Shown here one piece after another: positions 1 through 7,908 of a DNA stretch of 39,192 bases. Source of the stretch: an uncultured Anaerolinea sp. (GTDB lineage: Bacteria > Chloroflexota > Limnocylindria > Limnocylindrales > CSP1-4); contig CAZOJS010000046.1 of assembly GCA_964580175.1 (NCBI GenBank), positions 1 to 39,192 of the forward strand, given 5' to 3'. The notes beneath the pieces are model-generated. The model was not told where the DNA came from. It made no database searches and saw nothing but the letters and a program-made list of their open reading frames with translations. A program made the translations under genes and the position numbers. Numbering within the stretch: the stretch's first letter is position 1; each line of letters starts with the position of its first letter.

Positions 1-432
1 CTCCTGGAGCTTGCCGAAGGCGGCCCCGTCCACGGCCGGGTCGGTGCCGGCAGTGATCACGGTGAGCCGTGGGCGCCGCCCGGCCAGGACGTCCCCCGGC
101 AGCGTCGAGGGCAGGATCAGCGCGAGGTCGGCGGTCTCGTCCCGCAGAGCCGCCCTGGCATCGGACTCCGCCGCGGCCGTTGACACGACCTCGATCCCAT
201 CGGGGGCACCGATCGTCGCTGTCGTGAGGGCATCGACGATCCGCTGTCCGGCCGGACCTGCCTCATTGACGATCACGACCCCGACCGTGACGTCCTTCTG
301 GTCGCGGATGACCCAGCCAAGCAGGGCCGTGATGACGATCGGCACGACGAAGATGAGTCCGAGCGTGCGCTCGTCTCGCCGGAAGCCCTGGGCAATCCTT
401 CGCGCGACCGCGAGGATCCGCGCTGCACTCAC
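1..432 (-). CDS. ABC-2 type transporter permease, N-terminal part (3' end runs off the window)
   Basis: Manual translation of the minus strand from GTG at 432 stays open to position 1 (144 codons): VSAARILAVARRIAQGFRRDERTLGLIFVVPIVITALLGWVIRDQK... This is a basic N-terminus, then a first TM helix and a large loop, as in ABC-2 permeases. GTGA overlap with the stop of the upstream ABC ATPase. Not in the supplied ORF track because it is truncated. Confidence 0.6.
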   Translation of the reverse strand, partial: MSAARILAVARRIAQGFRRDERTLGLIFVVPIVITALLGWVIRDQKDVTVGVVIVNEAGPAGQRIVDALTTATIGAPDGIEVVSTAAAESDARAALRDETADLALILPSTLPGDVLAGRRPRLTVITAGTDPAVDGAAFGKLQE

Positions 433-1181
433 GAGACCGGGGCCCCGAGCGGACGGCCCTCGGTATCGAGGCCCGAGAAGTGCAGGAACGCGGTCTCGAG
501 GTCGGTGGTTCCGGCTCGCGCACGAACCTCCGCCGATGTCCCGCGGACGAGCACACGGCCGGCGCGGATGAAGATCAGCTCGTCGCAGCGGTCGGCCTCG
601 TCCATCACATGGCTCGCCACGAGGATGGTCGTGCCGGCTGCCGCGAGGCGGCGGAAGTGGGCCCAGAACTGCACCCGCAGCGCCGGGTCCACGCCGACCG
701 TTGGTTCATCCAGAAAGAGCACGGGCGGCGCATGGACCAGGGTGCAGGCGAGCGACAGCCGACGACGCATGCCGCCGGAAAGGTACATGGCCGGGGTCGT
801 CCGCCGATCGGACAACCCGACGAGCTCGAGGACCCGGTCCACCGACTCGCGATCCGATCGACCCTCGAGACGTGCGAAGAAGGCCAGGTTCTCCCCGACC
901 GACAGCTCCGGGTAGACCGCCTCCGACTGGGGCATGTAGCCGATCTGCCCGAGCAAGTCCCGGTTCGGCATCAGCGTGCCCAGGACCCGGGCCGTGCCGG
1001 CGGTTGGCCGAGCGAGGCCGGCCAGCATCCGGATCAGGGTCGTCTTGCCCGATCCGTTGGGCCCGAGCAGGCCAACGATCCGCCCTCGCTCCAGGACGAG
1101 GTCGATCCCGTCCACTGCCTGGACGTTGCCGAACGTCTTGCGCAGCCCGGCGATCTCGACCGCCGGCGCAGAACCGGTCAT
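429..1181 (-). CDS. ABC transporter ATP-binding protein (ABC-2/DrrA-like)
   Basis: 250 aa. Walker A GPNGSGKTT, signature LSGGMRRRL, Walker B VLFLDEPT, H-loop SHVMDEA. ATGA overlap with the rluB stop. Confidence 0.9.
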   Translation of the reverse strand: MTGSAPAVEIAGLRKTFGNVQAVDGIDLVLERGRIVGLLGPNGSGKTTLIRMLAGLARPTAGTARVLGTLMPNRDLLGQIGYMPQSEAVYPELSVGENLAFFARLEGRSDRESVDRVLELVGLSDRRTTPAMYLSGGMRRRLSLACTLVHAPPVLFLDEPTVGVDPALRVQFWAHFRRLAAAGTTILVASHVMDEADRCDELIFIRAGRVLVRGTSAEVRARAGTTDLETAFLHFSGLDTEGRPLGAPVS

Positions 1182-2257
1182 CGCCCCGGAGGATAATCCT
1201 CTTGCTTGCGGCTCGCGCGGCCTTTGGGACGCGGCCCGCTCGCGATCCGACCCTGGCCCTTGCCGCGCGGCCGTGGGGGCCCAGGGCGGGCACGATCAGG
1301 ACCCGGTCCAGCCTGGGGGTCCGCCTTCGGTGCCGGACGACGCGCGCCGGTGGATCCGGGGGCACCCTTCTGCTGCGTCTTCTTCGGCTTCCCCTTCGGC
1401 GGCAATGACGGGGTCGCAGGCAGTGATCGGGTCACAGGGGCCAGCCGGTCCCGCGGTGGCACTGTCCGGGGCGGCCGCGGTCCGGCCGGGACCGTCCCGA
1501 GCTGGCGAATCTCTGGTGCCCGCAGGAGCCGAGCGCGGCCGGTCGGCAGGCGGTCCATCCGAACCGTCCCGATCCGGACCCTGACGAGTCGCTGGACCGG
1601 GCTGCCCACCGCGGCGAACATTCTCCGCAGCTGGCGCTTCCAGCCCTGCGCCAGAACCGCCCGATACCAGACCAGATCAGGCGCTGGCGGTGGATGGAGC
1701 AGCTCGGTCAACGTCCGCGTTTCGATGGCCGTGGCCTGGCGGAGCGGGGCTTCGAGCAGCGCGAGGCCCTCGTCGAGCGGGATCCCCGCCCGAATCGTCG
1801 CCGCCTGCGCGTGATCGAGCGGTCGCTCGAGGGCGACGGCGTACTCACGCTGCACACCGAAACGGGGGTGCAGGACGTGATCTGCCCAGGCGCCGTCGTT
1901 GGTCAACAGCAGCAGTCCCTCAGAATCGAGATCCAGTCGCCCGACCGGATAGAGACGGGTGCCATCCGGCATGAGGGCCGTGGGAATGAGATCGATGACG
2001 GTCGTCTCGGCGTGCCGGTCGCGCGTGGTCGAGGTCACGCCGGCCGGCTTGTGCAGGGCAACGTAGGTCCGCGCCGCGCCGACGCCGACCGGCATCCCAT
2101 CCACCTCGATCTGTGCGGTCGCGGCATCGACCTGGTCGCCGATCGTGGCGATCCGGCCGTTCACGCGAACACGGCCGCTGGCGATCAGCGCCTCGCTGGC
2201 GCGGCGCGAGGCTATGCCGGCCGCGGCGAGGATCTTCTGGAGTCGCTCGTCAGGCAT
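1178..2257 (-). CDS. rluB: 23S rRNA pseudouridine synthase, RluB/RsuA family, with long basic C-terminal tail
   Basis: N-terminal S4 domain (RLQKILAAAGIASRRASEALIASGRVRVNG). Catalytic motif VGRLDLDSEGLLLLTNDG. About 110-aa Pro/Arg/Lys/Gly-rich tail. Sits after scpA-scpB, as in Actinobacteria and Firmicutes. Confidence 0.85.
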   Translation of the reverse strand: MPDERLQKILAAAGIASRRASEALIASGRVRVNGRIATIGDQVDAATAQIEVDGMPVGVGAARTYVALHKPAGVTSTTRDRHAETTVIDLIPTALMPDGTRLYPVGRLDLDSEGLLLLTNDGAWADHVLHPRFGVQREYAVALERPLDHAQAATIRAGIPLDEGLALLEAPLRQATAIETRTLTELLHPPPAPDLVWYRAVLAQGWKRQLRRMFAAVGSPVQRLVRVRIGTVRMDRLPTGRARLLRAPEIRQLGTVPAGPRPPRTVPPRDRLAPVTRSLPATPSLPPKGKPKKTQQKGAPGSTGARRPAPKADPQAGPGPDRARPGPPRPRGKGQGRIASGPRPKGRASRKQEDYPPGR

Positions 2258-2981
2258 CGCCTGCCACCGCCGCGTCGGCGAAGGCTCCGACGTCCATCAC
2301 GGGCTGGGCCCCGTCCGCCCCGTCCAGGTCATCGATGACCTCGTCGATGTTGGCGAACCGCGCCTCCGCGAGGCGCCCGGCAACTTCGGCGTCAAGGGGC
2401 GGGAGATCGTCCAGGGAGGTCAGCCCGAACCGCTCGAGGAACTCGAAGCTCGTGCCGTACAGGATCGGACGACCAGGGGCCTCGGACCGACCGAGCTCAA
2501 CGACCAGTCGCCGATGGAGCAGGCTGCGCACCGTGTAATCCGAGTCCACGCCGCGGATCCGCTCGATGACCGACTTGGTGACCGGTTGCCGGTAGGCGAC
2601 GATCGCCAGTGTTTCCAGCGAGGCGGGCGAAAGGCGCACTGCATCGACGCCGACGTAGCGGGCAATCAACGCTCCGGCCTCCGGTGCGGTTGCCAGCTCT
2701 ACTCGATCACCCGACACCAACAGACGCAGGCCTCGCGTCCGGAGGCTCACCTCGAGATCCCCGAGCCGCGCATCGACGGCCTGGCGATCGACCCCGGCAA
2801 TCTGGCCGATCTCCCGGCGTGAGAGGGGTCGCTCGGCGACGAAGAGCAGGGCCTCGAGCGCCGCTTCGGACAGGTCCGGGGGTGGCGGCGGATCAATCGG
2901 GCCCACGCGGTCCTCCTCCGCTCCGCCAGGATCGGCATCCGAGGCGCCGGGTCCGTCGGCGAGACCTCGCAGATCGCTCAT
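2250..2981 (-). CDS. scpB: Segregation and condensation protein B (SMC-ScpAB complex)
   Basis: 243 aa. LEALLFVAERPLSRREIGQIAG ... LETLAIVAYRQPVTKSVIERIRGVDSDYTVRSLLHRRLV ... GRPILYGTSFEFLERFGL are typical ScpB winged-helix repeats. ATGA overlap with scpA. Confidence 0.9.
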   Translation of the reverse strand: MSDLRGLADGPGASDADPGGAEEDRVGPIDPPPPPDLSEAALEALLFVAERPLSRREIGQIAGVDRQAVDARLGDLEVSLRTRGLRLLVSGDRVELATAPEAGALIARYVGVDAVRLSPASLETLAIVAYRQPVTKSVIERIRGVDSDYTVRSLLHRRLVVELGRSEAPGRPILYGTSFEFLERFGLTSLDDLPPLDAEVAGRLAEARFANIDEVIDDLDGADGAQPVMDVGAFADAAVAGDA

Positions 2982-3883
2982 CGAAAGCCGTCCAGGGATT
3001 CGTCGAAGGCGGCTTCGGTCCAGGAGCTGTTCAACCCTGAGGCGGCGCGCTCTTCGGCCGTGGTCCGCCGGGCCGTGATCGGCCCGAACGGCGTCTCCTG
3101 TTCGACCATGATCTCGCGCCGCTTCATGAGCTCGAGCAAGGCCAGGAACGTGACTGCCACGACTACCCGATCGCGGACATCGCGGAGCAGGTCCTGGAGC
3201 ACGAACGACGGCGCGCGTCGGAGCGCTCCACGGATGATCGCCGCTCGGTCGGCCAACGTCACGCCTCTCCGGATGACCTCCGCTGGGGGCTCCGGCCGTG
3301 CGATCACCGTGACCAGGCGTCGCAGTGCCGAGCCGAGGATCGACGGGTCCAGCGGCGGTCCGTCCGGGACGCGGGCCCCGGCGACCGCCACCGCCAGGGA
3401 GGCGGCGGGTTCACGTCGGAACAGGCCGATCCGGGACGCCGCCGTCGCCTGGAGTGCCGACCCGGCATCACGGTAGGCGCGATACAGGATCAGACGTTCC
3501 CGGAGCTCGGCTTCGGGATCGGCGCCTTCGTCGGCCATCAACCCGGGCTCGCCCGGTTCCGGGCGCCTCGGGAGCATCGCCCGGCTCTTGATCAGGATCA
3601 GCTGGCCGGCGACCGCGACGAAGGCACTGACGTTGGTGATCCGATCCCCCTCGAGCCGGGCAAGCGCCTCGAGATACGCCCCCGCAAGCGCCCCGAGTGG
3701 GACCGTCAGGATGTCGAATCGGCGGGCCTCGATCAGGGTCAGCAGCAGGCCCAGCGGCCCGGCCCAGTCCGCCAGGACCACCTCGGTCGCATCCTCGGGA
3801 CGACGAGCGTCACCAAACCGGACCGCCGGTCCCGACGGTGCGGGGATCAGGGTCTCCGGTTCGACCTGGCCCACGACGGTCAC
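2978..3883 (-). CDS. scpA: Segregation and condensation protein A (kleisin)
   Basis: Conserved core FDGPLDLLL-like (WAGPLGLLLTLIEARRFDILTVPLGALAGAYLEAL). C-terminal winged helix (VAVTFLALLELMKRREI). Start set at GTG 3883, 1 nt after the stop of the HD gene. The longer track ORF to 4096 overlaps that gene in another frame. Confidence 0.85.
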   Translation of the reverse strand: MTVVGQVEPETLIPAPSGPAVRFGDARRPEDATEVVLADWAGPLGLLLTLIEARRFDILTVPLGALAGAYLEALARLEGDRITNVSAFVAVAGQLILIKSRAMLPRRPEPGEPGLMADEGADPEAELRERLILYRAYRDAGSALQATAASRIGLFRREPAASLAVAVAGARVPDGPPLDPSILGSALRRLVTVIARPEPPAEVIRRGVTLADRAAIIRGALRRAPSFVLQDLLRDVRDRVVVAVTFLALLELMKRREIMVEQETPFGPITARRTTAEERAASGLNSSWTEAAFDESLDGFR

Positions 3884-3884
3884 C

Positions 3885-4388
3885 TCAGTTGGCCTCGTCT
3901 GCCAGGCGCAGCCGATCGCCGAACTCCGGATCGCGGGGCGCCTCCTGCCAGCGAATGAGCTCCACCGTGCGGGTCGAGCAGCCGGCCGCCGCCGCCAGCT
4001 GCGCCGAGGTCTCCGGGTGCCGGGCAAGCCGATCCAGGGCCACGGCCATCCCGGGCAGCCAGCGAACCGAAGTAGGAAGCCAACTCCCGTAAGCATGCCC
4101 GAGGGCGTGCACCGCCCGAGGGATCACCCCGGTTGCCCCCTTGCCGGCGTCATGCAGGAGGCCCGCAGTCAGGACTTCGATCGCGACAACCCCGTCCGCA
4201 CGCAATGAGCCGACCACATCGAGTCCGTGGCGTTGATCCGCCACGGCCATGGCGTCGAACATGGCGCACTGGCCCGGCGACAGCCAGCTCGTCAAACCGG
4301 CCCGCTCGGAGGCGTCGACCCCGGCTCGGACGTGGGCCCGAAGCTGGCGCAACTTCCCGACCCACCAGCGCGGGCCCCCCGATCTCAT
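3885..4388 (-). CDS. HD-domain metal-dependent phosphohydrolase family protein
   Basis: 167 aa. H...HD...D pattern (DQRHGLDV ... AGLLHDAGKG). ATGA overlap with the upstream M50 protease gene. Confidence 0.7.
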   Translation of the reverse strand: MRSGGPRWWVGKLRQLRAHVRAGVDASERAGLTSWLSPGQCAMFDAMAVADQRHGLDVVGSLRADGVVAIEVLTAGLLHDAGKGATGVIPRAVHALGHAYGSWLPTSVRWLPGMAVALDRLARHPETSAQLAAAAGCSTRTVELIRWQEAPRDPEFGDRLRLADEAN

Positions 4389-5047
4389 TGACCGGTCAGG
4401 AGGCTGATGATCGGATGAGCGACGACCTCGAAGATGATGCCCAGCGGCGACGGCAGGTTGGTCAATGACGGAATGAGGATCAGCCCGAGCAGGATGATCG
4501 ACCCATACCGCTCGAGGAACGATCGGAGGCGCCAGCTGGTGCGCGGATCGACGAGCGCGAGGAGCACGTGCGAGCCGTCCAGGGGCGGCAGCGGGATCAG
4601 GTTGAAGATCATCAGCGAAACGTTGATCTGGATGAACAGGAAAAGGATGCCGAGGATCAGGTCCGGAACCTCAACCCCGGTTTCCATCATCACCCGAAAC
4701 GGGATCGCCGCCGCCGCGGCCAGCACCAGGTTGGTGGCCGGTCCGGCCAGCGCCACGAGGGCATCGCTGTTCCGACCCCCGCGCAGGTTTGCCGGGTTGA
4801 CCGGCGTCGGCTTGGCCCAGCCGAACACGAACAGACCACCAGGCGCGAGCAGGGTGAGGACGAGCAGCGTCCCCCCGACCGGGTCGAAATGCACCAGCGG
4901 GTTCAGCGTCAGGCGTCCGAGGAGTTTGGCCGTGCTATCCCCCAGGCGGTAGGCGACCAGGGCGTGGGCAAACTCGTGGAACGGCAGGGCCACGAGCAGA
5001 ATGATCAGGATGAGCGCCAGCTTGATCAGAAGAATCGTGTCGATCAC
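4385..5047 (-). CDS. Site-2 protease family (peptidase M50) integral membrane metalloprotease
   Basis: 220 aa, polytopic. HExxH zinc motif HEFAHALVAYRLGD. Second motif NLIPLPPLDGSHVL. GTG start. Confidence 0.85.
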   Translation of the reverse strand: MIDTILLIKLALILIILLVALPFHEFAHALVAYRLGDSTAKLLGRLTLNPLVHFDPVGGTLLVLTLLAPGGLFVFGWAKPTPVNPANLRGGRNSDALVALAGPATNLVLAAAAAIPFRVMMETGVEVPDLILGILFLFIQINVSLMIFNLIPLPPLDGSHVLLALVDPRTSWRLRSFLERYGSIILLGLILIPSLTNLPSPLGIIFEVVAHPIISLLTGQ

Positions 5048-5198
5048 AGGGGTGACTTGCCTCGGGATGGTTGCGGTATCGGTTTCGCGGAATCCTAGCC
5101 CCTCACGCCCTCACGGGCGGATCGGCCCAACAGCTCGCTGAACGGCGGGCGCAGCTGCTGCCATCGGATGCTGTCGGGCGGCCACCCGGCCGCACGAT

Positions 5199-5873
5199 TC
5201 ACAGGCGACCGAGGAGGTCCTGCTTCTTGGACTCGTACTCGTCGGCCGTGATCGCTCCGCGATCACGGAGCGAGGCCAGGTCGCCGATCGCTCGCGTGAC
5301 ATCGTCCGTCGACATGGTCCGGGCCGGCTGGCCGGCAGAGCGCATCGGCGGACTGGGCAGGCGGACCAGCTCCGTTTCAAGCCGGTGCTTCTGGTCCAGC
5401 ATGACCTTCTTGAACCGCGGGGCCTGGTCGAGCATTCGGAAGCGATCGACGGAGGTCTCGGCCGCGGTCAGGATGTCCAGATCCCCGTACCCGAAGATCC
5501 GCCCGAACAGGTTCTGCTCGAGGATGGCGTCGTTGATCTTCTCCAGCGAGCTGTCCGCGGAGCGCTTGTTGAGGATCCCCTCCACCTTGAGCACACGCCG
5601 GTTCGTGACGATGTAGTCCTCCGCATACCAGCTCCAATAGAGCCTGGCGAGCATCCCGATCGCCACCACGAGGACCGCCAGGATCACGTACCCGAGGACC
5701 TGCTCGCCGATACCGTCACCCGTCATCTGGAGGCGCAGCACGATCAACGCCCCGGCGGCGATCAGCGTCGCCCAGGCGAGTCGACCATCGATCACGGTTG
5801 CCAGCCAGTGCTGACGCGATCGGAGCGCAATGTGCTCCCCGTCAGACAACAGCGAGTCGGCATATCGAGACAC
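5199..5873 (-). CDS. Membrane protein with bacterial PH (bPH_2/YdbS-YdbT-like) domain and C-terminal SHOCT domain
   Basis: 224 aa from GTG 5873, preceded by AGGAGGA (rc of 5881-5887) at 7-nt spacing. Two TM helices, then YIVTNRRVLKVEGILNKRSADSSLEKINDA...FGYGDLDILT (bPH_2-like). C-terminus DLASLRDRGAITADEYESKKQDLL (SHOCT-like). The 419-aa track ORF is an upstream extension overlapping xerD. Confidence 0.75.
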   Translation of the reverse strand: MSRYADSLLSDGEHIALRSRQHWLATVIDGRLAWATLIAAGALIVLRLQMTGDGIGEQVLGYVILAVLVVAIGMLARLYWSWYAEDYIVTNRRVLKVEGILNKRSADSSLEKINDAILEQNLFGRIFGYGDLDILTAAETSVDRFRMLDQAPRFKKVMLDQKHRLETELVRLPSPPMRSAGQPARTMSTDDVTRAIGDLASLRDRGAITADEYESKKQDLLGRL

Positions 5874-5887
5874 GGGAGAGTCCTCCT

Positions 5888-6847
5888 TCAGGCGCGTGGG
5901 TGGGCGCGAGCGTACACCTCGCGGATGCGCTCGCCGGTCAGATGGGTGTACAGCTGGGTCGTGCTGATGCTTGCATGGCCCAGCAACTCCTGGACGATCC
6001 GGAGGTCGGCTCCGCCCTCCAGGAGGTGCGTCGCAAACGAGTGACGGAGCGTGTGCGGGCTGACCCGAGCCGCCAGCCCGGCCGCCGCGGCCGCGTGTTT
6101 CACGGCGGCCCAGGCCTGTTGCCGCGCCCAGCGCCTTCCGCGGTCGCCGAGGAAGAGCGGCCCGCCCCTGTCGGGTGCGACATGCCCGAGCGCGAGCAGT
6201 GACGTTCGCGGGCCTTCGATCCAGACCTTGAGCACAGCCAGCGCGAGGTCCCCTACCGGGACCAGCCGCTCCTTGTCCCCCTTGCCGATCACTCGGACAA
6301 AGCCGCCGTCCGGGGAGAGATCCTCGAGATCGAGCCCGAGCGCCTCCGAGATCCGGAGGCCCGCCGCGTACAGGAGTTCCACGAGCGCACGATCTCGGAG
6401 CGGGCCCGGTTCGACGAGGCCGTCCGGGCCAGGCTCGACGACGGCGGGGCCGGCGCACTCGATCAATCGTTCCACCTGGGACACGGTCAGCGTCTCCGGC
6501 AGCAACCGCGACATGCGCGGCAGGTCGAGATGGGCCGCGACGTCCACGCGGATCAGCCCCTCGCCGAAGGCGAAGCGGTAGAAGCCCCGGATCGCGGCAG
6601 CGCGGCGGCGCAGGCTCGTGGGCGCGAGGCCCGGATCGTTTCGGTGGCCGCGCCGGGTTCGCGCGGCGAGGTAGCGTGTCGCGGCGTCCGGCCCGTGGGC
6701 CCAGTCGCGCGTGGAGTCCCGCGCCGCGGCGAAATCACCGAGGTCGCTTCGATAGGCCCGGATGGTCGCGGGCGAAACGCCCCGCTCGACGCGAAGATGG
6801 GTCAGGAAGTCGTCTACCGCGCGATCGAGCGCCGAGGGAGTGCCCAC
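5888..6847 (-). CDS. xerD: Site-specific tyrosine recombinase XerD/XerC
   Basis: 319 aa. N-terminal SAM-like core-binding domain (FLTHLRVERGVSPATIRAYRSDL). Catalytic signature SPHTLRHSFATHLLEGGADLRIVQELLGHASISTTQLYTH. I cannot separate XerC from XerD by eye. xerD is chosen from the synteny with scpAB. Confidence 0.8.
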   Translation of the reverse strand: MGTPSALDRAVDDFLTHLRVERGVSPATIRAYRSDLGDFAAARDSTRDWAHGPDAATRYLAARTRRGHRNDPGLAPTSLRRRAAAIRGFYRFAFGEGLIRVDVAAHLDLPRMSRLLPETLTVSQVERLIECAGPAVVEPGPDGLVEPGPLRDRALVELLYAAGLRISEALGLDLEDLSPDGGFVRVIGKGDKERLVPVGDLALAVLKVWIEGPRTSLLALGHVAPDRGGPLFLGDRGRRWARQQAWAAVKHAAAAAGLAARVSPHTLRHSFATHLLEGGADLRIVQELLGHASISTTQLYTHLTGERIREVYARAHPRA

Positions 6848-6863
6848 GGGTCGTGCCTGCCGC

Positions 6864-7046
6864 TCAGCCGTCGGGCGCGCGGTGTTCCCGCCACGTCGCC
6901 GCCGCGTGCAGCAGGACGCTCGCCTGTGCCAGCGCCGCCGTGCCGGGCCCGGCCTCGCCCGATCCCTCGAGCATCGAGGCGTGTCGCGACCGACCGGGCG
7001 ACCCTCGAGAGCTCCCCGCAGCGGCCGCCTCGGAAATCGTGGTCAT
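6864..7046 (-). CDS. Hypothetical small protein (60 aa), weakly supported
   Basis: ATG at 7046 lies 5 nt after the nadK stop and fills most of the 206-nt nadK-xerD gap. Third-position GC is high, like the neighbouring genes. No recognisable motif. Confidence 0.25.
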   Translation of the reverse strand: MTTISEAAAAGSSRGSPGRSRHASMLEGSGEAGPGTAALAQASVLLHAAATWREHRAPDG

Positions 7047-7053
7047 CCTGCAT

Positions 7054-7908
7054 TCACGACGGGAGCAGCTCGACCTTCTTTCGGAGCAGGTCCCAGAACG
7101 GCAGCGCACCGTCCGGCTGGACGAACCGAATCGGGCGATCGAGTGCGCGGACCTCCACGATGTCGCCAATCGCGATCAGGACGTCCTCCCGACCGTCGAT
7201 CGAGACCAGCGCCTCGTGCGCGTCCTTGACCTGGCAGCGGACGACGACAGAGGCGCCGACGACCACGGACCGGATGGTCGTCAAGTAGCCGGCGATCGGC
7301 GTCACGATCAGGTTGCGTGCCGTGGGATCCAGGATCGGGCCGCCTGCCGAGAAGGAATATCCGGTTGAGCCCGTCGGGCTGGCAACCACCAGTCCGTCGG
7401 CCACGTACGTGGCGAGATGGCTGCCGTCGATCGACACGTCGAGGCGGACCACCCGGGCCAGTGAGCCTCGCGCCACCACGACATCGTTGAGCGCGACGTG
7501 CCGCTCAACCGAACCCGGGCTCGCGGCCCGCAGGATCCTGCCCTCCAGGACCATCCGATGCTCCAGGGTGAACCCGCCAGTCTGGAGCCGATCCAGGACC
7601 CTGATCATGTCCCCCGCCTCGACCTTGGACAGGAACCCGATCTTGCCGACGTTGATCCCCAGAACCGGGACGTCGATCTCGGCGACAATCCGGGCTGCTC
7701 GCAGGAACGTGCCGTCGCCCCCGAGGACCACGAGCACGTCGGTTCGCGGCAGCTCGCGTTGCATGGTTTCGGAGTCGGCTGCGGTGGCGATCCAGTGGTC
7801 CAGGCCGCGGACTGCGGCCCAGCCCGTCGCCCGCTCGCGAAGCTCCATGGCCGCGTCGCTGGTCGGGTTGTACGCGAAGCCGATCCGCTCGATCGGCCGG
7901 TCGGTCAT
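7054..7908 (-). CDS. nadK: NAD(+) kinase
   Basis: 284 aa. GGDGT motif (VLVVLGGDGTFLRAARI), NDVVV, PTGSTGYSFSAGGPI. ATGA overlap with tlyA. Confidence 0.9.
   Translation of the reverse strand: MTDRPIERIGFAYNPTSDAAMELRERATGWAAVRGLDHWIATAADSETMQRELPRTDVLVVLGGDGTFLRAARIVAEIDVPVLGINVGKIGFLSKVEAGDMIRVLDRLQTGGFTLEHRMVLEGRILRAASPGSVERHVALNDVVVARGSLARVVRLDVSIDGSHLATYVADGLVVASPTGSTGYSFSAGGPILDPTARNLIVTPIAGYLTTIRSVVVGASVVVRCQVKDAHEALVSIDGREDVLIAIGDIVEVRALDRPIRFVQPDGALPFWDLLRKKVELLPS

Noticed and set aside
5199-6458. N-terminally extended versions of real genes in the ORF track: 5199-6458, 2978-4096, 14653-16509, 16487-18958, 18121-19515, 19406-22267, 22496-23014, 28117-29283, 35065-36837, 36738-38759.
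   Set aside because: The extensions overlap the upstream conserved gene in a different frame and translate to Arg/Pro-rich junk. In each case an internal ATG or GTG sits exactly at, or a few nt after, the upstream stop (often as an ATGA/GTGA overlap). Some have an SD or a -10 hexamer in the right place.
5888-6847. The tyrosine recombinase as a marker of a prophage, integrative element or genomic island.
   Set aside because: The sequence is XerC/XerD-like, with a SAM-like N-domain and a canonical R-H-R-Y region. It sits in the conserved chromosomal nadK...xerD...scpAB context. There is no adjacent tRNA, direct repeats, excisionase, phage genes or compositional shift.
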